Source of the DNA: Candidatus Altiarchaeota archaeon
GTDB taxonomy: Archaea; Altiarchaeota; Altiarchaeia; IMC4; SCGC-AAA252-I15
Direction of reading: 5' to 3'
Assembly (NCBI GenBank): GCA_043813075.1
Contig: JBDRLL010000025.1
Coordinates: forward strand, 1 to 28,251
Length of the DNA: 28,251 nucleotides
The position numbers and the translations under genes were made by a program. The notes under the pieces are model-generated. The model searched no databases. It was not told the origin of the DNA and saw only the letters and a list, made by a program, of their open reading frames with translations. Below are positions 1 to 10,040 of the stretch, one piece after another (the stretch's first letter is position 1; each line of letters starts with the position of its first letter).

Positions 1-477
1 GTTTGTCCTGTGGGTTATGTTAAAGTACTTTGGGCTGTGTATCCCACCCTTGTTCGGAACCATCACTATTATCGTGTTCAATCCTTCCCGGAAGTTGTTC
101 TCCTCAGTCAGGTATATCCTGGTTGTCTGCCTGTGTTCTGCGGACGCCTGGGCGGCGTCAACGTCCCTGTTGCATCCTTCATCCTCCAGTATGGTGGCGT
201 TGTTTACTGTTATCCTCTCAGCGCAATCGTCCGCTACCACGTCTATCCATTCAGTGCTTGTCTCTTCGGTGATGTTGAATGTCGCCTTGAAGTATTCCGT
301 GATGTCTGACTGGGTGTCGTAGAATGGTGGCACCATCTTCTGGTACTGTTTCCCGTCGAGTGAAGTGCCGTAGTCTATGGTGATGTCGTGGCCCCAGAAT
401 ATGCTGTGTATGAGTGTTATGGTGATGATTGCGAGTATTAAGGATATCAGCTCCTTCCTCTCTTCCAGGCCCGGCAT
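1..477 (-). CDS. Membrane-anchored protein with probable galactose-binding/jelly-roll-like extracellular domain (continues beyond the left edge; absent from ORF track)
   Basis: Manual translation from ATG at 477 is open to the window edge: MPGLEERKELISLILAIITITLIHSIFWGHDITIDYG...VVADDCAERITVNNATIL...FREGLNTIIVMVPNKGGIHSPKYFNITHRTN. It has an N-terminal hydrophobic helix, several N-x-T sequons, and DD..i.vN / G.NTI.V.V.N.GG patterns typical of jelly-roll sugar-binding domains. Confidence 0.75.
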   Translation of the reverse strand, partial: MPGLEERKELISLILAIITITLIHSIFWGHDITIDYGTSLDGKQYQKMVPPFYDTQSDITEYFKATFNITEETSTEWIDVVADDCAERITVNNATILEDEGCNRDVDAAQASAEHRQTTRIYLTEENNFREGLNTIIVMVPNKGGIHSPKYFNITHRTN

Positions 478-532
478 ATTGATAAAAATTATGTCTAAAC
501 ACGTTAATAGGGCCTTCTCCCCCCACCCAGCC

Positions 533-540
533 TTTTATAT
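533..540 (+). promoter_or_regulatory. Putative TATA box for rpl44e operon
   Basis: TTTTATAT ~30 nt upstream of ATG 572. Confidence 0.5.
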
Positions 541-571
541 ATGAATATGCCCATAATTTTAGTCACTTAAA

Positions 572-859
572 ATGAAGGTTCCAGACAAAACTAGGACTAA
601 CTGCCCGAATTGCGGTAAGCACACCGTGCACAATGTTAGGCTTAATCGGAAGGGCAAGGAAGCTCCCATGAACCGTGGCCGAAGGAAGTATAAGGTCATT
701 AAGGCCGGTTATGGTGGTAGTCCTAGGACTCCTAAGAAGGATGTCTACAAGATTGGTAAGAGGACTGTTCTACTGCTAGAGTGCAGTCAGTGTAAGAAGA
801 AGCAGCAGCGGTTGTTTAGCGCGAGGACTAAGAAGGTGGTGGAGGTTGGCGGGCAATGA
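572..859 (+). CDS. rpl44e: 50S ribosomal protein L44e (eL42)
   Basis: MKVPDKTRTNCPNCGKHTVH...GYGG...LECSQC zinc-ribbon pattern; basic 95-aa protein upstream of S27e. Confidence 0.97.
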   Translation: MKVPDKTRTNCPNCGKHTVHNVRLNRKGKEAPMNRGRRKYKVIKAGYGGSPRTPKKDVYKIGKRTVLLLECSQCKKKQQRLFSARTKKVVEVGGQ

Positions 860-1050
860 AGCGTGATGATGTTACTGAAAGCAGGTTTCTCAGGGTAAAG
901 TGCAATGACTGTGGTAACGAGCAGGTTATCTTCGGCGCTTCCTCCTCGACGATAAAGTGCCTGGTCTGCGACAAGGTTATGGCTAAGAGTACTGGCGGTA
1001 AGACGCAGGTTAAGACTCAAATCATCGCCGTCTTGGACAAGGACTTATAG
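856..1050 (+). CDS. rps27e: 30S ribosomal protein S27e
   Basis: SRFLRVKCNDCGNEQVIF...CLVC...STGGK signature; ATGA overlap with rpl44e. Confidence 0.97.
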   Translation: MKRDDVTESRFLRVKCNDCGNEQVIFGASSSTIKCLVCDKVMAKSTGGKTQVKTQIIAVLDKDL

Positions 1051-1059
1051 TGTCTCCCG

Positions 1060-1482
1060 ATGGACTACGAGTTTTTAGAGCATACGGCAGACTTGAAGTT
1101 TAGGGCATATGGCGGTTCTCTTGAGGAGTGTCTTGTTAATGCTGCAAGGGCTTTGTTGGAGGCGGTTGCCGGCGACAGCAGGGTCGAGCCGAAGATTGAG
1201 CGGGAGATAAAGGTTGTCATAAACCGGCCGGAGGTTTTGGTCCACGACTTCTTGTCTGAATTGATTTATCTGTTTTCAACCGAGCATCTGCTATTCGGTG
1301 AATTCGAGTTGAGTCTCAAAGAGTCTCTTGGCTACAAGCTTGTTGCTAAGGTTCGTGGCGAGGAATATGATCCTAAGCGGCATACGCTCATAAAAGAGGT
1401 CAAGGCGGTCACGTATCATGACATGCTCGTTGAGAAGGGGGATGACGGTCGTTGGGTCGTGCAGGTAGTATGCGACACTTAA
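1060..1482 (+). CDS. Archease (RtcB tRNA-ligase cofactor)
   Basis: YEFLEHTAD N-terminal motif, EVKAVTYH motif and C-terminal VVCDT. Confidence 0.95.
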   Translation: MDYEFLEHTADLKFRAYGGSLEECLVNAARALLEAVAGDSRVEPKIEREIKVVINRPEVLVHDFLSELIYLFSTEHLLFGEFELSLKESLGYKLVAKVRGEEYDPKRHTLIKEVKAVTYHDMLVEKGDDGRWVVQVVCDT

Positions 1483-2396
1483 GCCATTCTCGATTCAATC
1501 AAGTTCTTTATCTCATCCTCTATTTCAGGTGTTATTAGCGGCCATACGTGGTGTTTCTCAACATCTTTCGTGAATTTTTGTTTAACTGTTTTTCTTAGCG
1601 TCTCTGCCAGGTGTATTACGTCTTCCCCGCCTCTTCTCTTTCTGCTCCAGCCTTCAAGCAGGTTTATGCCCCATCTTTCACTGATTTTTTCCTTGAAGTA
1701 GTCTGCAGTCTCGCAGTTCACTGCGTCCACTGCGTGGTGTAGTCTGTGTATCTTGTCCACCCCTATGTGGAACACGTCCCAGAATAGTTCGGTGTTTGGC
1801 GTGAATATCCTCTCGTCCACGATGTCATTTGGCAGTCCTATGTCGAGTATCACCAGTTCGTTTGTCTGTGTTCTTCCTAGGCTGTCTAGCTTGAAGTCAT
1901 GATTGTATACGCCACGACTCCAGCATTCCTCCATCAGATTCATGTATTCGTCGATGAATTTCCGCTGCCTTAGCTCTTCGAGGGCTATTGGTGTTATCCT
2001 ACTGGCTGCGATACCCTCCCCGAATTCTGGTCTTCCGTGCATGTTGCCGGAATACATTATGAATGGTGTCACAAGGCCTCCAAGGCGTCTTCTTGTCAGT
2101 ATCATGCCCATCTTGGTTTTTTCCGGCAGTTGGTCGCCTTCGTTTACCCTGTATTTTATCCTCTTCAGCAGGAATGTTTTTTTCTCGTCTATTAGCACGT
2201 CTGTCTGTTTTCCGAAGCGTATGGTCTTCGTCACGTTGAATGACCTTATCTCTCTTGACAGAATGCTCTTGCTTGTGTTGGTGCTGAAGGCCCATAGTTC
2301 TTTCACGGAATTGAATCCAATGGCTCTTGCGTCTTCTATGGTGACTTCACCCTTTTCCATGCGCTTTATCAGTTGTGAGGAGAATTTATCGTCCAT
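1479..2396 (-). CDS. Hypothetical protein, protein-kinase-like fold
   Basis: 305-aa ORF with GVYNHDFKLDSLG (cf. HxDxKxxN catalytic loop) followed by LVILDIG (cf. DFG). Confidence 0.6.
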   Translation of the reverse strand: MDDKFSSQLIKRMEKGEVTIEDARAIGFNSVKELWAFSTNTSKSILSREIRSFNVTKTIRFGKQTDVLIDEKKTFLLKRIKYRVNEGDQLPEKTKMGMILTRRRLGGLVTPFIMYSGNMHGRPEFGEGIAASRITPIALEELRQRKFIDEYMNLMEECWSRGVYNHDFKLDSLGRTQTNELVILDIGLPNDIVDERIFTPNTELFWDVFHIGVDKIHRLHHAVDAVNCETADYFKEKISERWGINLLEGWSRKRRGGEDVIHLAETLRKTVKQKFTKDVEKHHVWPLITPEIEDEIKNLIESRMA

Positions 2397-2475
2397 GTCT
2401 GTCTTATATTACGTAAATCAACCCATTCCGATATAAATGCAGTATACAGGCTAACCAATCAGTAATCACAACGTA

Positions 2476-2504
2476 TTTATAGGGGTTTGCATACAATATT
2501 GTAT
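2476..2504 (+). promoter_or_regulatory. cdc48 promoter: TATA box plus perfect 14-bp palindrome at the expected start site
   Basis: TTTATA at 2476-2481, 25 nt before ATG 2506 (leaderless geometry); ATACAATATTGTAT at 2491-2504. Confidence 0.55.
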
Positions 2505-2505
2505 T

Positions 2506-4671
2506 ATGCCGGATGATGTCATAGAGCTTAAGGTATCTGAGGCCATGCAGAACGATGTTGGTCGCGGAATAATACGGATAGACGCGGATACTGCCAAGAA
2601 GCTTAACGTGACTACCGGGGATATAGTTGAGATAAACGGCGGCAACGTTACTGCCGCTAAAGTCTGGCAGTCCTACCAGGAGGATGAGGGCAGGCATATC
2701 ATCCGCATGGATGGCCTTACCCGACAGAACGCGGAAGTGTCGCTGGGCGACAAGGATAAGGGCAAGAAGGCTGGTGTTACTGCCGCCCAGACGATTGTAG
2801 TGGCTCCAACAGAACACCAGATAAGCTTCGGCAGCGACTTCAATGAATACGTGAAGATGAAGGTGCTTCTAGGAAAGCCTTTTGTAATTGGCAATGTATT
2901 TGACATAACCGTGCTCGGCAGGGCAATACCATTCACGGTGGCGGCGACAAAGCCTAAGGGTATTGTCGTAGTCAATGAGAAGAGCGAGGTTGAAGTCCGC
3001 AGCAAGCCCATGACTCTGACAGCGATTCACTCTCAGGTGGTGAGGTACGAGGATATCGGCGGCCTGAGGGATGAGGTCTCGCGTGTCCGGGAGATGATAG
3101 AGCTCCCCATGAAGCATCCTGAGCTGTTCGAAAAGCTGGGCATACAGCCCCCCAAGGGTGTGCTGCTTTACGGCCCTCCTGGAACAGGTAAAACACTGCT
3201 GGCGAGGGCTGTTGCTTCTGAGAGCAACGCTCATTTCATACCCCTCAACGGGCCTGAGATAATGGACAAGTTCTACGGCGAGTCGGAGCGGAAGCTGAGG
3301 GACATCTTCGAGGAGGCACAGCACAATTCTCCTGCCATAATATTCATAGACGAGATAGACTCCATAGCCCCCAAGAGGGATGAGACGAAGGGTGAGGTGG
3401 AGCGTAGGGTGGTGGCCCAGCTTCTCGCCCTCATGGACGGCCTAGTTACGCGCGGTAATGTCATTGTCGTCGCAGCCACAAACAGGCCGGATTCTCTTGA
3501 CCCCGCGTTGAGGAGGCCTGGGCGTTTCGACCGTGAGATAGAGATCGGTGTTCCGGACCGGAACGGCAGGAAGGAGATACTGCAGATCCACACTCGAGGG
3601 ATGCCTTTGGAGGAGGATGTTGACCTGGATGAAATAGCCTCTAAGACGAACGGTTTTGTCGGCGCTGACCTGCACGCCATATCACGGGAGGCTGCGATGA
3701 GCTCGTTGAAGCGGGTTCTCCCTAAAATCGATCTGGACAAGGGCGAGATTCCAGTGGATGTTCTGGAGAAGATTAAGGTTACTAAGGACGATTTCATAGA
3801 GGCTTTGAAGAGCGTTGAGCCTTCCGCGTTGAGGGAGGTCAGGGTTGAAGTCCCAAACGTAAACTGGACGGATATAGGCGGCCTTGAGACGGTTAAGCAG
3901 GACTTGATAGAGGCTGTCGAATGGCCTTTGAAGAATCCTGACGCCTTCAAGAAGCTGGGTATACATCCTCCCTGCGGAGTGTTGCTCTATGGCCCATCCG
4001 GCTGTGGGAAAACGCTCTTAGCGAAGGCTGCCGCGACCGAGAGTGAAGCCAATTTTATTGCAGTCAAGGGTCCTGAACTGTTGAGCATGTGGGTTGGGGA
4101 GAGCGAGAAGGGTGTTAGAGAGGTCTTCAAGAAGGCACGTCAGACTGCTCCGACCATCATATTCTTCGATGAGATTGATGCGTTGGTTCCTAAGCGCGGC
4201 TCATACTCCGGCAGTCATGTGACTGAGACTGTGGTGAACCAGATACTGACGGAGATAGATGGCATACAGTCCCTTGAGAACGTCATAATACTGGGTGCCA
4301 CGAACCGTCCGGACATGATTGACTCGAGCATACTGCGTCCCGGTCGTTTTGACCGGATAGTACTAGTCCCGCTGCCTGACCGGCCGGCGAGGCTGCAGAT
4401 ACTGAAGCTACATACCAAGGACATGCCTCTCCAGGGCGTTGACTTGGATGTCATATCAAGCAAGACCGACGGATACAGTGGCGCTGACCTGGAGGCTGTA
4501 TGCAGGGAGGCTGCGATGAACGCTTTGAGGGAGAATATAGAGTCCACTGGAGTCACAGCCATCCATTTTGAGAAGGCTTTGTTAAAGACAAAGCCTTCCG
4601 TGCACGCCACTGACGCCAAGAAATACGAGAAATCATTCGAAAAGGATGAGGGGAAGATAGGATACAGTTAG
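2506..4671 (+). CDS. cdc48: CDC48/VCP/VAT family AAA+ ATPase
   Basis: N-domain ([10 protein letters not shown]), two AAA modules ([16 protein letters not shown] and [16 protein letters not shown]), RPGRFDR arginine fingers, penultimate Tyr (KIGYS, HbYX-like). Confidence 0.97.
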   Translation: MPDDVIELKVSEAMQNDVGRGIIRIDADTAKKLNVTTGDIVEINGGNVTAAKVWQSYQEDEGRHIIRMDGLTRQNAEVSLGDKDKGKKAGVTAAQTIVVAPTEHQISFGSDFNEYVKMKVLLGKPFVIGNVFDITVLGRAIPFTVAATKPKGIVVVNEKSEVEVRSKPMTLTAIHSQVVRYEDIGGLRDEVSRVREMIELPMKHPELFEKLGIQPPKGVLLYGPPGTGKTLLARAVASESNAHFIPLNGPEIMDKFYGESERKLRDIFEEAQHNSPAIIFIDEIDSIAPKRDETKGEVERRVVAQLLALMDGLVTRGNVIVVAATNRPDSLDPALRRPGRFDREIEIGVPDRNGRKEILQIHTRGMPLEEDVDLDEIASKTNGFVGADLHAISREAAMSSLKRVLPKIDLDKGEIPVDVLEKIKVTKDDFIEALKSVEPSALREVRVEVPNVNWTDIGGLETVKQDLIEAVEWPLKNPDAFKKLGIHPPCGVLLYGPSGCGKTLLAKAAATESEANFIAVKGPELLSMWVGESEKGVREVFKKARQTAPTIIFFDEIDALVPKRGSYSGSHVTETVVNQILTEIDGIQSLENVIILGATNRPDMIDSSILRPGRFDRIVLVPLPDRPARLQILKLHTKDMPLQGVDLDVISSKTDGYSGADLEAVCREAAMNALRENIESTGVTAIHFEKALLKTKPSVHATDAKKYEKSFEKDEGKIGYS

Positions 4672-4764
4672 GTCATACGTTTACATCACTTGTAATACAA
4701 GTTCTCCCTGCGTTATATCGTATTTAATACTGTGTTGAGATATCTAAACCCTACGGTGGTCTGG

Positions 4765-5580
4765 TTGGATGATGAGATAAAACTCCTTAAGAGCAAGGCT
4801 AATCTGGTCAGGAAGCATATCCTCACCATGACTACTGAGGCTGGGTCAGGTCATCCCGGCGGTTCTCTTTCTGCCATAGACATAATCACTGCATTATACT
4901 TCCACAAGATGCGCCACGACCCGGGTAATCCTAGCTGGTCTGAGCGGGACAGGTTTGTGCTATGTAAGGGTCATGCTTCGCCAGCACTATACTCGGTGCT
5001 CGCTGAGTCAGGTTATTTCCCTGTCGCGGAACTCGCTAACTTCAGGAAGATAGACAGCTATCTTGAGGGTCACCCATGTAAGAGGAAGGTCCCTGGCGTC
5101 GACGCTTCAACCGGTTCCCTAGGTCAGGGCCTTTCGATGGCGTGCGGAATGGCTGCGGCCGGCAAGCTGGACAAGAGGGACTACACGGTTTACGCGCTTC
5201 TGGGTGATGGTGAGTGTCAGGAGGGTCAAGTGTGGGAGGCTGCGATGGCTGCCGCCCACTACAAGCTGGATAATCTCGTTGCCATAGTCGATAGGAACGG
5301 GCTTCAGATTGACGGGAAGACCGAGGAAGTTATGTCACTGGAGCCTTTCATAGACAAGTGGATTTCATTCGGGTGGGTTGTTATATTCATCAACGGTCAC
5401 GACTTCAAGGAGATAACGACTGCATTGGAGAATGCGGGTAATAGTAAGGACAAGCCCACGGTCATAATAGCCAACACTACCAAGGGGAAGGGCGTTTCCT
5501 TCATGGAGGGTATAAGGGAATTTCACGGAAAGCCCCTCACCAAAGAGCAGTTGTGTGATGCGTTAAAAGAGTTGGTTTAA
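4765..5580 (+). CDS. Transketolase, N-terminal (TPP-binding) subunit
   Basis: SGHPGGSLS, DRFVLCKGH, STGSLGQG and GDGECQEG motifs. Start moved to TTG 4765 because GGTGG precedes it (track start 4732). Confidence 0.93.
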   Translation: MDDEIKLLKSKANLVRKHILTMTTEAGSGHPGGSLSAIDIITALYFHKMRHDPGNPSWSERDRFVLCKGHASPALYSVLAESGYFPVAELANFRKIDSYLEGHPCKRKVPGVDASTGSLGQGLSMACGMAAAGKLDKRDYTVYALLGDGECQEGQVWEAAMAAAHYKLDNLVAIVDRNGLQIDGKTEEVMSLEPFIDKWISFGWVVIFINGHDFKEITTALENAGNSKDKPTVIIANTTKGKGVSFMEGIREFHGKPLTKEQLCDALKELV

Positions 5581-5581
5581 G

Positions 5582-6529
5582 ATGAGATACGATTTAGACC
5601 GGAAGGAGCATACTAGGAGTGCATATGGGAAGACCCTGGTTAAGCTGGGCAAGGAGAACAAGGAGATAGTGGTCCTGGACTCTGACCTGTCTGAGTCGAC
5701 GAAGACGGTGTTGTTCGCGAGGGAGTTCCCGGAGAGGTTCTTCAACGTGGGTTGCGCGGAGCAGAATCTAATGGGCATGTCCGCTGGATTCGCTCTGGAG
5801 GGTAAGACTGTTTTCACTAGCGGCTTCGCGATGTTCGGGTGCGGGCGCGGGTGGGAGCAGATACGTAATTCGATCGCATACGACGCCCTCAACGTAAAGA
5901 TAGTCCTGACTCACGCTGGCATAACCGTCGGAAAGGACGGGAGCAGCCACCAGATACTGGAGGACATATGTCTCATGCGTTCAATACCCAACATGAGGGT
6001 GACGGTTCCTGCCGACGCTAGGGAGGTCGAGGTACTGATAACCGCGGCAGCCGGCCGTAAGGGTCCCGAGTACTTCAGGCTTACGAGGGAGAAGACTCCC
6101 GTATTGTCTGAGGAGTATGGTCATGACGCCAACAAGCCTGTGACATTGATTGACGGCTCTGACGCCACGATATTCGCGTGTGGCGTGATGATTTCAGAGT
6201 CTATTAAGGCCGCCTACCAGCTGGAGGGGGAGGGTGTCAGCGTCCGGGTTGTTAACATGCACACCATCAAGCCCCTGCACGAGAAGACCGTGTTGAAGGC
6301 TGCTAAGGAGACTGGATTTCTGGTCACTGCGGAAGAGCATTCTATAATAGGTGGTTTGGGTAGTGCCGTCTCCGAAGTATTGTGCGAGAAAAGGCCGACT
6401 CCAATGCGTCGTGTTGGAGTCAGGGATGTGTTTGGGCAGTCGGGTGATGCTTGGGATCTTATGGCTCATTACGGTCTCATGTCCAAGGATATAGTCGCTG
6501 CAGTAAAGGATGTCATGGGCAAGAGCTAG
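5582..6529 (+). CDS. Transketolase, C-terminal subunit
   Basis: DSDLSESTKT, FFNVGCAEQN, DGSSHQ and EEHSIIGGLGS motifs; adjacent to the N-subunit gene. Confidence 0.93.
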   Translation: MRYDLDRKEHTRSAYGKTLVKLGKENKEIVVLDSDLSESTKTVLFAREFPERFFNVGCAEQNLMGMSAGFALEGKTVFTSGFAMFGCGRGWEQIRNSIAYDALNVKIVLTHAGITVGKDGSSHQILEDICLMRSIPNMRVTVPADAREVEVLITAAAGRKGPEYFRLTREKTPVLSEEYGHDANKPVTLIDGSDATIFACGVMISESIKAAYQLEGEGVSVRVVNMHTIKPLHEKTVLKAAKETGFLVTAEEHSIIGGLGSAVSEVLCEKRPTPMRRVGVRDVFGQSGDAWDLMAHYGLMSKDIVAAVKDVMGKS

Positions 6530-7557
6530 TTTTTATCTAGTGCATTTATGAAAGACTCGTTTTCCTCTGTCTTGCCTACAGTCACGCGAACGTATTCCCC
6601 TTTGAATCCCCTGAATTTTCCGAAGACTCTAGTGATGAACCCCTGATCCAGCATCTTCTCATAGAATCCTCTCGCAGTTGTTGGGGAGACGTCTGCGAGC
6701 ACAAAGTTGGATTGTGACTTGAATGTCCTGTATCTCTTGCTTAACGCATTGTAGAGTGCTTCCCTGTCCTTCTTTATCCTACTCACGCATTCTTCCATGT
6801 ATCCTAAATCTTCTAGGGCCGCCAGCACGGATATCTGCGCGAGCAGGTTGACGTTGAATGGGGGCTTGACCTTACCGAGCGCTTCGATGGTCTCCTCGTC
6901 TGCTATGGCATAACCTACCCTGAGGCCTGCGAGTCCGAAGGCTTTCGCGAAGGTCCTTAGTATTATCAGGTTCTCGTATTCGTCAATCAAGTCGACAGTG
7001 CTTTCCACGCCGAACTCGTAGTATGCTTCGTCAACGACAACCGTCTTCCCAGTATCCAGCACCTTCACTATATCCTCCCTGCTGATTACCCCTCCAGTAG
7101 GGTTGTTTGGAGTGCAGAGGAACAGTGTATCAGCCATCCCACCCTCCTTGATGAACCTGCCTGCATTGAAGCTGAAGTCCTCTTCAAGCTTCACCTCAAC
7201 GTAATCCTCCCCCAATGCCTTGGCAACAAGTTCGTATTCGCTGAATGAAGGATAGGGGCCTGCGAAAGGGCCCTTGAATGTCTTGACTATCATGTCTATG
7301 AGCTCGTCGCTCCCGTTGCCTGCAATGACGTTCTCCTGGTTGACTCCCGCATATCTTGCAATCGCCTCGCGGACTTCATTGTCCATGAAAGGGTATTTAC
7401 CAACTTTTGGAGCCCACTCTATGATAGACTCAACTACCCTTGGGCTGGGGCCATAGTTGTTCTCGTTGCTGGAGAGTTTGACCAGGCCCTCCCTGGTCTT
7501 CCCCGGCTTATAGACGTCAAGCCCGTTTATCCAGGTTTTAACCCTGTTAGAGTCCAT
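6526..7557 (-). CDS. hisC: Histidinol-phosphate aminotransferase
   Basis: KLSSNENNYG, GNGSDELI, PNNPTG, VVDEAYYEF and RTFAKAFGLAGLRVGY (PLP lysine) motifs. Confidence 0.92.
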   Translation of the reverse strand: MDSNRVKTWINGLDVYKPGKTREGLVKLSSNENNYGPSPRVVESIIEWAPKVGKYPFMDNEVREAIARYAGVNQENVIAGNGSDELIDMIVKTFKGPFAGPYPSFSEYELVAKALGEDYVEVKLEEDFSFNAGRFIKEGGMADTLFLCTPNNPTGGVISREDIVKVLDTGKTVVVDEAYYEFGVESTVDLIDEYENLIILRTFAKAFGLAGLRVGYAIADEETIEALGKVKPPFNVNLLAQISVLAALEDLGYMEECVSRIKKDREALYNALSKRYRTFKSQSNFVLADVSPTTARGFYEKMLDQGFITRVFGKFRGFKGEYVRVTVGKTEENESFINALDKN

Positions 7558-7651
7558 TTTAATCGTTCACTCGGATTTAATTCTGGTATGCAATCCATTT
7601 ATACTAGTTGTATCTCATATAATATACTGTTCTTTAATACAGGGTAATAAG

Positions 7652-8500
7652 ATGACTGCTGACCTGAACCGGGAGAGACTGACGATAACGCTGAGGGAGG
7701 ACATACTGAAGAGCCTTGACGAGATGGTGGACGGCATCAACATACGGAATCGCTCCCACGCGATAGAGATAGTCCTGTCTAACGCAATCAGCGCACGCAA
7801 GGTCACCAAGGCCGTCATACTGGCTGGGGGTAAGGGTACTAGGATGAGGCCGTTCACATACGAGATGCCTAAGCCCATGATTCCCGTTAAAGACAAGCCT
7901 TTGATACAGCACATCATCGAGTTGTGCAGGAAATACGAGATACGCGAGATAATACTGTCAGTCGGATATCTTGGGGATAAGATCCGCAACCATTTTGGCG
8001 ACGGCAGCAACCTGGGCGTCAAGATAACCTACATCGAGGAGGAGGATGAGATGGGTACTGGGGGGCCTCTTGACATGGCACGGGACATTCTGAAGGACGG
8101 TCCGTTCCTGATGTTCAATGGTGATGTGCTGAGTGACATAGACTTGAGGGACTTTGTCAGGTTCCACACTGATAGCGGGGGTCTTGCCACCATAGCATTG
8201 ACGCAGGTTCGCGATACTTCCGCTTATGGTGTCGCAAGGCTTCAGGGCGAGAAGATACTCGAGTTCGTTGAGAAGCCCAAGAGTATTGAGGATTCGAAGC
8301 TGATTAACGCTGGAGTATACATGCTGGAGCCGAAAGTGCTTGACTACGTGCCTGAGGGGAAGTCTATGATGGAGAAGGATGTTTTCCCCAAGCTTGCTGC
8401 CGAAGGGAAGCTTTACGGCTACCATTTTGCTGGACAATGGTTTGACACCGGAACACCTGAAGCTTATGAGCGCGCGATCAAAAACTGGAAGGGCATCTAA
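7652..8500 (+). CDS. NDP-sugar pyrophosphorylase (mannose-1-P guanylyltransferase-like) with N-terminal ribbon-helix-helix DNA-binding domain
   Basis: RERLTITLREDILKSLDEMVD....NRSHAIEIVL is a CopG/NikR-type RHH pattern. It is followed by KAVILAGGKGTRMRPFT..PKPMIP, NGDV, FVEKP, INAGVY and WFDTGT. Confidence 0.9.
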   Translation: MTADLNRERLTITLREDILKSLDEMVDGINIRNRSHAIEIVLSNAISARKVTKAVILAGGKGTRMRPFTYEMPKPMIPVKDKPLIQHIIELCRKYEIREIILSVGYLGDKIRNHFGDGSNLGVKITYIEEEDEMGTGGPLDMARDILKDGPFLMFNGDVLSDIDLRDFVRFHTDSGGLATIALTQVRDTSAYGVARLQGEKILEFVEKPKSIEDSKLINAGVYMLEPKVLDYVPEGKSMMEKDVFPKLAAEGKLYGYHFAGQWFDTGTPEAYERAIKNWKGI

Positions 8501-10034
8501 GGACTCTCCAAGCAGAAAGAAAACCGGGCATCCTGCCGTATTAGAGCTATCAATAATATCCACCCTAGTGCTTTTACTTAAGTGGGATGTGCTTAGCCTA
8601 GCGTACATAAACGACGTCGCACTACACGTGGTGAACGTGGCGGAATGGGTCATGCACAACAACTTCTGGCCGTATCCGCCTGAGATGCCTGGCTTCATAG
8701 GCCATCCGCCATTCTTCTATGAGGTTCTTGCGTTCTCTTACATGGTTTTTGGGTTCAGGCCTTTCAGCGCCCATCTGGCTACCGTTTTTTTCTCGTCAAT
8801 CTGCCTGTTCTTCACCTATCGTCTGGGTAGGAGATTTGACTCTCATGTGGTTGGGGTTTCAGCAGCCCTGATGCTCCTCTCCCATCCACTGTATTTCGCT
8901 CAGAGCGGGATGGCTAATCTCGACATGGCTGTGGCATCCATGATGGTCGCTTCCCTCTACTTTGCCCTGGAGGGGCGTTGGAGGCTTTACCTGGTCTCCG
9001 CGTCATGCATGATAATGACAAAGGAAAGTGCCCTCGTGTTTTTCCCCATACTACTCGCCTATCACCTGCTTTACGTCAGCCGTGAAAGGAGGGATTTGCT
9101 GCTTATCCTGATGCCTGCCTTATTGTTTCCCCTATGGGTGTTGGGTAACAAGCTGGTTTACGGCTGGTTTTTCCTTCCCTATCACGTAGGTGTAGTATCC
9201 GCTAACATTGGATCCTTCTTCAGCATATTGTCTTCTCCCTCAACAATATCCCTTGAAGCAAGGGACATGCCCCTATTATTGAAGAACTTCTTCGAGCTGG
9301 CCAGCCAGCTCTTCATGTCCAGACTCCTCGTTGTCATAGTATTAGTCTCCTCCTACCCACTTCTATCTCAGGCCCGTCGTTTTATCCGGTCTGGTGGGCG
9401 GGATATGGCAAAGGTGTTGGGTGGAGAGTATTTCCTGATGGTCTCATACTCCCTGGCATTCATGTTCCTGTACGTTTTGACTGCAGGCACTCATCTTATG
9501 ATACGGTACATCCTCCCGGCACTGCCGTTCTACTTCCTGTTCCTATCCGTCGGCTTGAGGAGGGCCGTAAAAGACTATAGACTCGTTCTTGCCGTCACCC
9601 TGATCGTCTGCTACCTCTTCTACACCTCATGGTACGTGATAGACGCGGTATCGCCCCTGGATTTCGAGAGTAACATGTACTACACACACCAAGTCAGGAA
9701 TGAGATGAATGCGTTAAGATATGTTGAGTCCGATCATCCTGGCAGCCTGATAGTGAACTATCGTTTCGGCTTCTTCAAGAAGATTCAAGACCCATCCATC
9801 GGCTATGTGACGCGTCCACTCGATTTCGTGCTACCCCATAAGATGCCTGAACTCGACTTCAGTGGCAGTGAAGTGCTTTACATAACACACTCCCTCAAAA
9901 AGCATGACGGCAGGAGGAATACCATAGTCATACTCAAGGTCGTGTATGAGACAGAGGTTCTTAGGGAATTCAGGTCTGGCGGCCTTTATACTTATGTGGT
10001 GAAGATTAATTCTATGAGAAAGCGCGTTGGTTGA
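8466..10034 (+). CDS. GT-C fold membrane glycosyltransferase (ArnT/PMT, GT39/GT83-like)
   Basis: Multi-pass hydrophobic protein with HPPFFY, MTKES and RYILP motifs. Start at ATG 8466 is inferred because the track start 8379 overlaps the upstream gene deeply. Confidence 0.82.
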   Translation: MSARSKTGRASKDSPSRKKTGHPAVLELSIISTLVLLLKWDVLSLAYINDVALHVVNVAEWVMHNNFWPYPPEMPGFIGHPPFFYEVLAFSYMVFGFRPFSAHLATVFFSSICLFFTYRLGRRFDSHVVGVSAALMLLSHPLYFAQSGMANLDMAVASMMVASLYFALEGRWRLYLVSASCMIMTKESALVFFPILLAYHLLYVSRERRDLLLILMPALLFPLWVLGNKLVYGWFFLPYHVGVVSANIGSFFSILSSPSTISLEARDMPLLLKNFFELASQLFMSRLLVVIVLVSSYPLLSQARRFIRSGGRDMAKVLGGEYFLMVSYSLAFMFLYVLTAGTHLMIRYILPALPFYFLFLSVGLRRAVKDYRLVLAVTLIVCYLFYTSWYVIDAVSPLDFESNMYYTHQVRNEMNALRYVESDHPGSLIVNYRFGFFKKIQDPSIGYVTRPLDFVLPHKMPELDFSGSEVLYITHSLKKHDGRRNTIVILKVVYETEVLREFRSGGLYTYVVKINSMRKRVG

Positions 10035-10040
10035 TTTTCA

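Noticed and set aside
2740-2775. Cdc48 N-domain reads [10 protein letters not shown] where a V-x-V beta strand is usual
   Set aside because: Two single-base changes could be real divergence or base-call errors; the frame and both ATPase modules are intact, so there is no case for a pseudogene.
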